The position numbers and the translations under genes are program-made. Positions 47,920 to 58,174 of a DNA stretch of 64,000 bases are shown here, one piece after another. Position 1 is the stretch's first letter. Every line of letters starts with the position of its first letter. The notes beneath the pieces were generated by a model that was given only the letters and a program-made list of their open reading frames with translations, was not told the DNA's origin and searched no databases. The stretch comes from Takakia lepidozioides (Eukaryota > Plantae > Bryophyta), in contig CM060733.1 in assembly GCA_030704615.1 (NCBI GenBank), positions 66,774,001 through 66,838,000 of the forward strand, read 5' to 3'.

Positions 47920-49345
47920 CAGGTTCTGGAGCGTGTGTTGTGCATTGTACGGGGCATGGACGTAGGAGCGGAAGCCGACGACATGCAGCAATTTGAGAGC
48001 CGGCTTATACGTTCTCTTCGACAAAGTTTGCAAACACCAAAACCAGGACCCTTCAACAATAATGACCTCCATTGGAAGTGTGAAATGCAATATGGGTTTA
48101 GGGGGTGCCATTGAATGTTAAAAAAGCCTGTATACCTTGGGATACAGTTGCGGACTTCGTCCTTGGAGAGGAGAGTGTGGAGGACTATCCCACTCAGTAT
48201 TGGGTACATGTGCACACTAAAGTGGACGCCGGAGTGCGGAAAGCTCCCAGAGCGAACACATTCTTGAGCAGTGTCATGTGTGCACCATCCTCATTATGCT
48301 TTTCTTGTCTCACTGCATTGCTGTTGTGATTTGTATTTGTCACTCACTGTGGCTTCCATAAGTCCATAGGTTTAGGTTTTGAATTTCATTTTGACAGGTA
48401 TCAATGCTGCTATAGACCCGACGACAAGTGCTTGATCAATGCAACTGTCGAGGATCCAAAACAAAAGCGTGGAGGTCCGGATGTGGGTGCTGGCACAAAA
48501 CACCCGCATAAAGGCCCAAGGAGGAAGAAGTCGGACTATGGAGAGTCGTACAAGCGCGGGTGCCTTTGTTGTTTCAAGGTGCATCAATCCTATCTTTGCC
48601 CCGGACATTTGTGTCCTCACATACTACAACATGGAGCATGTGGATGCCTACGGGAAACCCTCCCATGGCAAGACCGCAGAGTTCAGGAACACCCGGGCGG
48701 CCTATGCACCCCACATTAGCGAGGAATTGAAAGCCTGGGTCGTTGAGTGTTTGTGCCGAGGCCTCACGGTCATCCAAATCATGATGGAACACAAGGAGCA
48801 CGTCATGAACAACACAGGTTTGGGAGATGCATGGACACATGATGATTTCCTATTGGAGGAAGATGTCCGCAACTTGGCTAGAAACGAGCAGCAATCACCC
48901 AGACACAACGTACATTGTTTAAACCCCGGATCCTATTGGGCTTGTTGCACTTGCCCATGGGCAATGAAAGGCAATTTGTGCAAACACCAAGTGAAAGTTT
49001 TGAAGTTGCTTCATCCCGACTTGCAGGATGGACTCATAGTGCGTGCTTGTGGCACGACGCTCGGAACCATACATGGAGGATTGCATAATCTGATGTTGTA
49101 TAATATGAGCGGCGGCGGAGAGGAAGGTGCAATGGACGGACGTATGGAGGAGAATGACTTCGCGCCTCCCGAGGAGCCTGTCTACGTCCCAGCGTCTATG
49201 GCCGAAGAATGGTTAGATATACTTTGTATTGTGGGTGATGACAAGTACCTGGAGAAACATGTGTTGACCTGTCTTCGAATCTGTAGAGGGCAGCTTATTG
49301 ATATCCTGGCCAAGAGTGTTGCTGGAATGCTACATCCTCGCAACC
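47920..49345 (+). pseudogene. MULE-related SWIM-finger protein (At4g13970/At1g60560-like), internally deleted
   Basis: IPWDTVADFVLGEE, KRGCLCCF, HVDAYGKPSHG, AAYAPHISEEL, DDFLLEEDVRN joined directly to SWIM CCTCPWAMKGNLCKH. The central catalytic region is absent. Confidence 0.72.
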
Positions 49346-49389
49346 TTAAGTCCAGCAGACTTAGAGGTAGAGGACGCGTCCCGTGGTTG

Positions 49390-50499
49390 CTATGCCGCAA
49401 CCTCTTGAGCAGTACTCCCTGCCTGCTCAGTCAATGACAAGGCCTCATCCTGCCCCATCATCTCATCATTGAGAACCTCCTCAACCCGAGAAGAATCCCC
49501 AACCTCATCCATCACAGCTGCCTTGGCTGCCAACTCCCTCTGAATCTCGAGCACCTCCCACGTGTGCCATGGATGTCTACACCCCGTGGTCCTCACCGGC
49601 TCGCCCCCACTCGCTGCCTGTACCGTCTCGGTAGGTAGAGAGACTGTAAAGGGAAGTGCACTCCGCACTCTACGTTGCTCAGCCATAGCCAAGCTGATAA
49701 TCCAAGTCAAGCAATTGAGATCCATTGCTTGCCCCAACACCTGACGACGTGATGCCTTAGAAAGAGACGGCACCGCCGTGGTACCAGTGGTAAAACCCAT
49801 TGCCCGCTCACGCTCGTCAGCATTAGGCTCCACTAACTGCTGCAACTGAGCATCCCACAGGAGGCCAGGTCCACTATCCCGGAAAGCATGTGATCCCAGG
49901 AAGCTGAGCAGTGTAGGTAATGTTGCTCGTGGTTGACCCACCCTGTTGACCACTGCCAAAGGCGAACGGTCATCGTATCTCACACGTTGAGACTGCCTCC
50001 TTGTGTCCAAAATGCTATCCACTGTGAGGTGTGCTGGCCGCTGCACCCCATCAAATGCACGCTTGAGCAGTGCGGGTGACATCAAGTTAGTCCACCATAG
50101 CCGTGGACGATGAGCCCGTGACCCCACTGCAGCTGCATCCAGCAACACTGCTGACCCAAGCCACGACCGGACTTGATGCACACTGGCCATCACCCTGGCC
50201 CGAGAATCGCCCATCAGTGGCACATTCTCCAAGATGTATGTTGGAGATACAGCTTGATGAAGCTGCAAGTGGCGCAAAACCCGCACCATCTCCCAAAACA
50301 GACCCGACCTCGAGTCTCGCAATCCATTGCCATGCCCGGCTGATGAATGCCCTTGGCAGGGCCAACCTGCCACTACCAGATCAATGGAGCCAACCCGCTC
50401 CAAATCCTGCGCCCCCAGCAACGAAATGTCTGTTGGCAAGGCCTGCTGATATCCACGAACTGCAGACACCGGCAACAACTCAGGGTACTGCTGCACCAT
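49390..50499 (-). CDS. C5-cytosine DNA methyltransferase domain (TE-borne type), N-terminally truncated
   Basis: IDLVVAGWPCQGHS (motif IV), RSGLFWE, YILENV (VI), AHRPRLWW (VIII), ERERAMGF (IX), RRQVLGQAM (X). Motif I FxGxG absent; intronless 369-codon ORF. Confidence 0.88.
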   Translation of the reverse strand: MVQQYPELLPVSAVRGYQQALPTDISLLGAQDLERVGSIDLVVAGWPCQGHSSAGHGNGLRDSRSGLFWEMVRVLRHLQLHQAVSPTYILENVPLMGDSRARVMASVHQVRSWLGSAVLLDAAAVGSRAHRPRLWWTNLMSPALLKRAFDGVQRPAHLTVDSILDTRRQSQRVRYDDRSPLAVVNRVGQPRATLPTLLSFLGSHAFRDSGPGLLWDAQLQQLVEPNADERERAMGFTTGTTAVPSLSKASRRQVLGQAMDLNCLTWIISLAMAEQRRVRSALPFTVSLPTETVQAASGGEPVRTTGCRHPWHTWEVLEIQRELAAKAAVMDEVGDSSRVEEVLNDEMMGQDEALSLTEQAGSTAQEVAA

Positions 50500-50524
50500 C
50501 TAGCAGTAGCATGGATCAGAACAG

Positions 50525-53128
50525 GCCATGAAGAAGGTTCTATACAGGTTCATCTTGACACTCTTTTTCCGCCCATTTGTCGGGTGATGGAGAAATATCT
50601 CTGCGTTCGATACCACCTGAAACCGGGGTCGGTATTTTTGGAGGAGGAAAGGAAGGATTCAAACGGAGTTGTAGTCGAAAGTATTGTTGTGTTCCACGAT
50701 GATTTCGGCGACGGCAGGGAATGGCGAGTTCCACCATCGGACAGCGTCATATACAGGGCTGCTGGGGACTTCATTTGCCCGCCAAATGCGCCTTCTATCC
50801 TAGCGCCTTCCACGAAACAATCCGCGAATCAGAGAGTGGGCACCTCAAAGAGAGAAGTTCGCAACGAAGTAAATCCAGAGCCGAACCCATCAATGAAGAC
50901 GAGCGAGAACCGGGTTGTTTACAACCTGTCCAACTCCGACGAGGTCATGGAAGTTCCGAGATCATCCTGGAGATCAGGCAAGTCCTCGATGGACATCAGC
51001 GGACGAGGGAGTTATATTCCCAGCACGAACACAGCAGTTCGATCCATTTTTGAAATTCTGTGAGGGCTTCACATGGAGGGACACCGCTCGGAGCTGGTTG
51101 GGCTGGACTACAGCAAGTTCGCCATTAAATCCGTTACATGCCTTCCCGCAGACGTCGACGGTAATATGTTCTTTGAGTTCCCTCCTCGAACGGACTATTC
51201 GAGGGCGTCCGGAATGTTGACAGATATGGATAGGAAACATGACGGTCATCCTTGGTGCGTCACCAAAACCACCAGCATGAAGATGCTCGATGGTGTGCGG
51301 GTGCGCTACGTTGTTTGTGCGGGCGCGTTGCGGTGTTTCTCTCCAACTTGCTTCCACTTTAAATCCAGAGGTCACAGGAACGAGACGGATTGGACAGGCA
51401 CAGCTCATCAACCATTTCAAGCTCAAAAATCGACCCTGCATACCTTCCCCTCGCTGCATCCCCCCTTCTCCCAGGGCGCTTGTCTGAACGCCGTCCTGGC
51501 AGTCTTGTGTGCACAACTCCCATGGCAGAAAACCCGAGCACTATAGTGTACTGCCCTCCTCACGAGCATAGAGCTACATTTCCGTGCAGGTTCCAAACTC
51601 CACATTTAAGTGTGCGCATTGCAAAGAACCACCACACTGCATGTCTGTTTGTAATGCCAAGCAGTTCTATGTGTTGCACCGTTTCCCTGACCTCACACGA
51701 GCTTGCATACACATTGGTTCCCATTGTCACAAATTGGCGAGGGGGAACTCGCGGGAGGCTGCCCACGAGGCAGAGCAGCTCGTTCAGGAGGAGGTTAGGT
51801 TGAGACTTGGTGCCAAACCCAAACAGATACAGCTGCAGGCCGCCCATAAGATGGCATTGGCCAAAATTATGTCGGAAGACGGCTCCGACAGAGTTCCTCT
51901 CGATGAGAAGGAAATGGAGGCATTGCTGGAGTCGGTGTCCCACGTCTGTTCACCGAATGTCCGAAACCACATTGTCTCCTGCAAACAGAAAATTGGGCGT
52001 GGCTCGGATATACACTCCATTCTAGAGGTGAAGCGACGATGTGGATATGACTACATTCATGGAAATAGGTTTCCTGGACAAGAGGCAGATCGTTGTTTCG
52101 TATTCAAAATGTCCACGTGTGGGCCTGGCAGCGGCGTCGAACTGGTCGACCGGATGACGAGTGGGGACTTGTCAAACAGTTGGGTCATGTTCGACCATAT
52201 CAAGCGAATTACAAATCACCAATGGGTGACAATGGCTGCACATTTCTACGACACCCACTGCAGGATGCTAATGACAATTGCTATTTGTGAGATGAAAAGA
52301 GAGGACACACAATCGGAGATGCTTCTTTGGAAGGGAATAAACGAATAGATGGCCAGGGCGGGATTGCCCCCTCCCAATTTCCGTGGTTTCATGGCGGACA
52401 ATGCACAAGCAAATTGGGCTGCCATCCGAAGGGTGTACGGGGAAGACCCCAATGTTCCGATGGAAGGCAAGGAGAGATCTTGTGGGTTCCATTTTCTGCA
52501 AAGCTTGTCACAGTACACAACCCGGCTCGTGGCGCCAGATTTCAGAGAGGAGCACCGTTCCATATGTCTTGCGTGGAAGCGTGCTCCCACCTTGGATGAT
52601 GCAGAGATACAATTTGCATGTATACGGGCTTGGTGGACAACGTCAGGTGTTGTAAAGAAATCAGACGAGGGAGCAATGGTCAGTTGGCTAGCATGGTGGC
52701 ATTATTGTTTCCTCCAATTTGGCGACTATATGCGGGAGGTGAGTTGGACAAATTCGCGTCCCGTTGAATATTATGCTACTCGTTATTTGTAACTTGTTTG
52801 TAACCTCAACATGTGCATGTGCAGGAAATGTGTCTGGACTCCGACACCGACATGCCAACAACAAACATGGCCGAATCAATACATTCTTTTCCTGGCGTGC
52901 CTCCTCTGCGGCGCATCTGGTGGACATCCTCACTGCCACAACGGAGGACATTGTCAGGTCAATTATGCAGCAATGCAGGTACAACGAGTTCTTGAAAGGG
53001 AAACAGTGGGGCTTGGGGCAGGAAATGTTGATGCGGACTGCCTCCAGATCAAATAATCCTCGCAAGTGGGCGGCAGCCTTGCGAGAGGGCCTTCGGGACA
53101 CACCATTGCTTCGAAGAGGCATTTGACC
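50525..53128 (+). pseudogene. Mutator-superfamily-like DDE transposase with GCM-type Cys/His-rich N-terminal domain (copy 1)
   Basis: DGHPW..CAGALRC..C, C..C..C..C, HIGSHCH; WVMFDH (D1), FMADNAQAN (D2), CGFH (CxxH), TTNMAES (E). Intron 52739-52824; stops at 51061 and 52346; one frameshift. Confidence 0.82.
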
Positions 53129-53479
53129 CAATTTAAACGGAGATCATCGGCCTAACCAAACTTTTTAATGTCTGCCAACCCTATGTCAATGGTACCAGAA
53201 TCGACTTTCCCTCGCGGGATGAGTTCACCCACACACTTTGGCCCACAAGATGTAACTATGACCTCGGTAAACCCCCCGTATCCATCATCCCATAGCGTGC
53301 CTAGTATGACATTTGAGCTTAGTCTCGTCTTCGTTCGTTCATTGGCGAGAGTCATCGATGAATTTGATGTGAGCAAACAGAACTGTAGACCAGTAAACCG
53401 CATCATAGACCTTACAGCAGAATCTGATGAGGGAAGTCTAGCAACCCCGGCCTTACATGTATCTGATTGTACCCTTTTT

Positions 53480-54775
53480 CAAGCTCGAGTCTGTTATGTC
53501 AGCAGACCCTCACAACACACTTGATGGTGGAATTGATAGTCTGCTGAAGCGCCTACAAGACCAGAACCACCGTATGGCAGAGCAGGACAGACAACAAAGT
53601 GAGAAGACTGCCAATGGGAGTGCCCAGACGACTAGAGAGGAGACTGCCCTGGACACTGTAGAGGGCACTCCCCAAGAGATTGTCCAATAGACTCTAGACA
53701 ACACTGCCAAAGAGACTGCCAATGAGACTTGCCACGAGAGGAACCAAGGGTCTAACCGGGGTAAGAGGCAGGAGACTGTCCAGCAGACTACGCGGGGAGG
53801 TGTCCCGGAGTCTAGCCAGGAGACTGCAGTGGGGGCGAATGAGGGCAATAGAGATGGCTTTGTCCCGGAGTCTACCCATGAGACTGCCTCGGAGACTACA
53901 CATGAGTCCTCCCAGCATGCTGCACAAGACCACGCCCAGGAGACTTCCCGGAGACTGCACATGAGTGTGTTCCTGCGTCTGAGAAGGAGTCCTCCCAACA
54001 AACTGCAGTAAGACTCTGCCCAGGAGACTGCACACAAGACCGCGCATGAGTATGCCTAGACAACTGCCAAAGAGTCTGCCCAACAGACTACAAGACTGTG
54101 CATGAGTCTGCCCAGGTGACTGCAGCAGAGCCTACCTAGCAGACTGCACAAGACTCCGCCTAGGAGATTGCACATGCGCCTGCCGGGGAGACTGCCCCGG
54201 CTATTGCACAAGAGCCCTCCAAGGCGGCTGCTCAACAGTCGTTCCAACAGACTATGCTAGAGCCCACCCAGGTGTCTACCCAGGAGACTTTCCATGAGGC
54301 CTCAATGGAGGACGCACGCACACAGGTTTTGCCTGCGCCGTCTCCGTTGGTCATAATGGAGTCTGCTCCTACTCCTGCTAATGTTGGGTCAACAACAAAT
54401 GCAGGCGGTCTCCTATTGACACCGCCGGATTTGCGTGGTAGTTCAACGCATGCCATTCGTGAGGCTACGAGGACTGGGCCGGCAAGTGTCAACAAACCTC
54501 CTGACAGTGTTTTGTTGCGAAGCAGAGCTGCAATATTGCGGCAGTCTGGGCAAGTCGTCTCGGGCATAGCGCTAGAGAGCACCTCCGTACCAGCCGAAAG
54601 AGGAAAGGCCAAAAAGCGCCCGGTGGTTGACGCGGTGAAGGAGACTGGAGAGGGTCATGTTCAAAAGAAACCACCAGCCAGGAAAGGCAAATCTGATGTG
54701 TTTATGAACAAGGACCGCCGATTGTGTATGGACATGGACAAGGAGGTGGCTGAGTTACTTAAGACAAAGAATTAA
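53480..54775 (+). other. Low-complexity coding-like linker built from GAGACT/AGACT repeats
   Basis: QET/ETA/ESA peptide repeats between the transposase and the Ulp1 exons; several TAG stops. Confidence 0.5.
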
Positions 54776-54997
54776 GTCATATGTGGTCTGCTGCTCAGTC
54801 TTGTTCTTGTAAAGTTGCCTGTCCAGGTCTACCGGATCTTTTGGCAGTAGCCTGCTCACTCAGCTAAGCCTTAGACCCGCAGCCTTCTGTGCAGTCTTGT
54901 GAGGACTGTACTTGGTCTGCTAAGAGTGTGCAGCAGACTTGTACTTTTGGACTTTGTGAATGTCAGCCTTGTTGGTGGGTCTGCTTGTATCTGCAGG

Positions 54998-55961
54998 ATT
55001 GAAAGTTGTTTGCGTCGATTGATGTCCGTACATGTAGCCGCTGGGAATAGCATGGTGTACTTTTTCGAAGGGGACTCGCGGTTCCGATGTGGCATTGCGC
55101 CGGAAGACATGAAAGCACTCAACTTGGTTGAGTCAGAGTGCACGGACAAACTTTTGGAGCTGTGGTGTCGTTTCTTCGAGAACTCCCTGGACTCGAGGAC
55201 GTACGGCACTGTCGCTCTTCTGCCAACGTGGACGTGGTCTGTTTTCCAGACTTTCAACACAGCCCCACCCGAAACATTGGTGGCAAACCTTGATGGTGCC
55301 TTGACCAAGACGCAACTTGGCAAAGACATTAAAGACTACACTCATATATTGGTGCCAGTCTTGCAAGGGTATGACCCGTCAGACTTGGTCCATAGAGTCT
55401 ATTTTTTGGAGTCTGCTGAATGTCGGGGTCTGCTGAGTCTGTTCGACTGTTGAGTCTGTTGGACTCTTGGTCAGTTGGACTACTAAGTCTCTGGACTACA
55501 AAGTCTGTTGGACTGGTGACTAATCTAATTGTCGGGCATGTTCACTTTTCCATTGAAGGGGGCACTGGAGCGTCATTATCATCGACCTAAGGAAAGGCGC
55601 CTATACTCACTTAAACTCTCGAAGGGAAATGCATACTTGCATACAACTCCTCAATTGGATTCAGAAGGTGCATGCAACGTGCTTTGGATATGCTGTTGGG
55701 ATGCCACAGTGGGAGGAAGTTATGGCATTTCAGTTCAACGCTCCCGAAGTGCCCCAACAACCTTTCAGTTGGGAGTGTGGGTTTTATGTGATGTCTTTCA
55801 TTGAAGGGTATTATGACTGGCTGAAAAGCGATAGGAAGAAAACCAAAGAGAGAGGACAAGCCTTCACCCCAAAGTGGTTTAATTTCAGGTTTGCATTGTT
55901 GCAGCGATTGCAGTGTGTGGTTTGGACGATGCAGAAAAACTACTCATGTAAAGTCATTTGA
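54998..55961 (+). CDS. Ulp1-like (peptidase C48) SUMO protease domain, two exons
   Basis: THILVPVLQG|GHWSVIIIDL...HLNS...VPQQPFSWECGFYV with intron ~55369-55558. Catalytic His, Gln and Cys present; the Asp position reads Asn. Confidence 0.8.
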
Positions 55962-56499
55962 GGAAGTAAAGAATCGTGAAACTTTTTTGCACATTCGTTC
56001 AATACACATTCAATGTTGTTTCATAGAGGGTTGTAATATCTTCTGGGATCAAAGGCCCATATTCAAAATACTGTCCCCACCCATGCAAGTTCGTCATATA
56101 AGGTCGTACAATACAAGAACAATACACACCACTTTGATTACACAACCACACTACCTTGTCACTTCAGCAGATTACTTGGTTCAGCGGACTCTTAGAGTGG
56201 AACTGCTGGACTTCTCAGCAGACTACCCAGTCTGCTACCGCAGTCTCCTGTCAGAGCAGACCGTTGTCCCCCTTGGAACGCTCAGCAGACAACATGGGAG
56301 CAATTTGGTGGACTTTTTAGAAGACCAGCTAGTCTGTCCATAGTCCGCTGCACAGACTACATCGGTGCAGTTGGGCGGAGTGTTCAGCAGACTACACAGT
56401 CTATTGAGCAGACAACTCTTTGTGTTTCTCGCATCATGGTCAGTCTGCTGAGCAGACTGGCCAGTCCCTTGCGAAAATTGTGCCGTCTGTTGAGCACAC

Positions 56500-56650
56500 T
56501 GCGTACAGAGCGTTTGTGAAAACAGAGAGCCAGACAATGATGTCTCCTGATTCTGGTTTGAACATAGCATAATCGTGGCCATGATAAGGGCAGTCAGCAG
56601 GATTTCGGCGGCACGACATCCTTGAAAAAGAGTAGTGGAGTACGCTCAAT
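56500..56650 (-). pseudogene. Inverted fragment of a third 'WNCCQW'-family paralogue
   Basis: VLHYSFSRMSCRRNPADCPYHGHDYAMFKPESGDIIVW aligns with VLRSSFARMSCFWNRDDCPYGGFDYAMYSATSGDIVIW of the 57007 ORF. Confidence 0.75.
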
Positions 56651-56761
56651 GACAGCAGCTCCCGGATGGAGGAGGCAGCAGCGCGGTGGTTGGAAGAAGT
56701 TCAAGCAAACGCTGCAATTCCTCACAAACACTCCAGGGCACATTTAAATTTTCCCCTACAG

Positions 56762-57720
56762 GAACGTGCACGGATGAAGATTGGCTGCTCCATGAATATA
56801 GCCGTTTCAATTTCCTTCCCTGCCATGCAAACTATGGGCCACTAGCCACTCGAGACGACGAAGACCATCCCCCCTTTGATGTAAATGCGGCGCCGAATTT
56901 CCATCCGGGGGATGGACTTCGGTGGCAGATTTCAAACTATACCCCGTGGATGAGAAAGAGGTATCGGTTCCTCCACCGCTGGCGTGATGAACACGTTACA
57001 CGATGATTGGTGGGTACGTGGGACCCAGATGCTCCATTATTGGAGCCCGCACTGCTCTTCCGCTTCTCATCATTTCGAAAATCTAAGGGCATCGTTGATG
57101 TCCACAAGGTCATTGTCATCGGCATCAAAGACGTCCTCAGGTCCTCCTTTGCAAGGATGTCGTGCTTCTGGAACCGGGACGACTGCCCTTATGGAGGCTT
57201 CGATTATGCAATGTATTCGGCCACATCGGGAGACATCGTTATCTGGTACATAGTTTACACAGAAGATACTGGTTCGAATGTGGAAACATTGTCCGCTTTT
57301 GAGTATATCCCAGGCCACTACGCCTTCGAGCGGGGTGACGATCTTGGTCTGAGGAGTCCGTGGCTCCTGCGCATCCTTGATTCCGATTTTCCCAGCTACG
57401 ACAGGCACCCATGCAGAAGAATGCGCACTGCTATGCTGTTGCGGTGGAACTGCTGCCAGTGGACGTGGGTGGACTACATCGGAGAGACGTATTCTCCTGA
57501 AGGAGTGCGTTCTTCTTCTCCATTGTATGGGGACATTTGCATTGGTGTGGACGACAAAAACGTGAAGCTTTCCATATTCGATGGTGGTATGATTGAAGGG
57601 CACGACATTGTGGTGAACATCAACAGGGGCGGTACAACGGCTGCAATCCAGTTTACCTAGAGGAGCCCAATGACTCATGAGCTAGTTTTCAGAGCAGTCA
57701 AAGTCCCATTGACAACGTGA
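56762..57720 (+). pseudogene. 'WNCCQW' family protein (copy 2), two premature stops
   Basis: ORFs 56686 and 57007 share one frame. Homology with 34325-34798 continues past the stop at 57660 (THELVFRAVKVP vs SNELVLRAIEVP). Confidence 0.75.
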
Positions 57721-58174
57721 CTTGTATTCAGAAGGCACAGGGCTAAAGATTTGCTTGCACAATCAGCACAGTAGACGTGCTTCAAATGCAATTCATGTGG
57801 ATCAATAAAAACCCCATAGTGCCGTCTTTTTGTTCTATTCTGTATCCATCGTTCCCAGAATGCATCATTCCTCATTTCGTTTGGGATTGGGAGTGTGGGT
57901 GGATTTTACAAGTGGCTGGTAGGCTGAAATGGGCCCCCATTGTACAGAGCAGTACCACCCTACCATTCGCGAAACATTGCATGTCAATATGTAATTCTAA
58001 AAAACATTGCCGAACCTCCTTCATCGGGAGGTCCTTCTCCCCCTATGACCGTGACACCCTCAACCCTATTCCCGCGGACACTCATTTCCGGAAAATAGTC
58101 ATGCTCATGTTTTTTTCGACATTTACAACTCTGCTCATGGCTCATGCCGCTCATGGCTCATGGCTCATGAAATA

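Noticed and set aside
49345-49437. C-terminal tail of the 332-aa ORF at 48439
   Set aside because: Read-through into the antisense strand of the C5-MTase segment; not part of the SWIM protein.
49390-50499. Host MET1/CMT/DRM gene
   Set aside because: No regulatory domains or introns, non-permuted motif order, and truncated between TE remnants.
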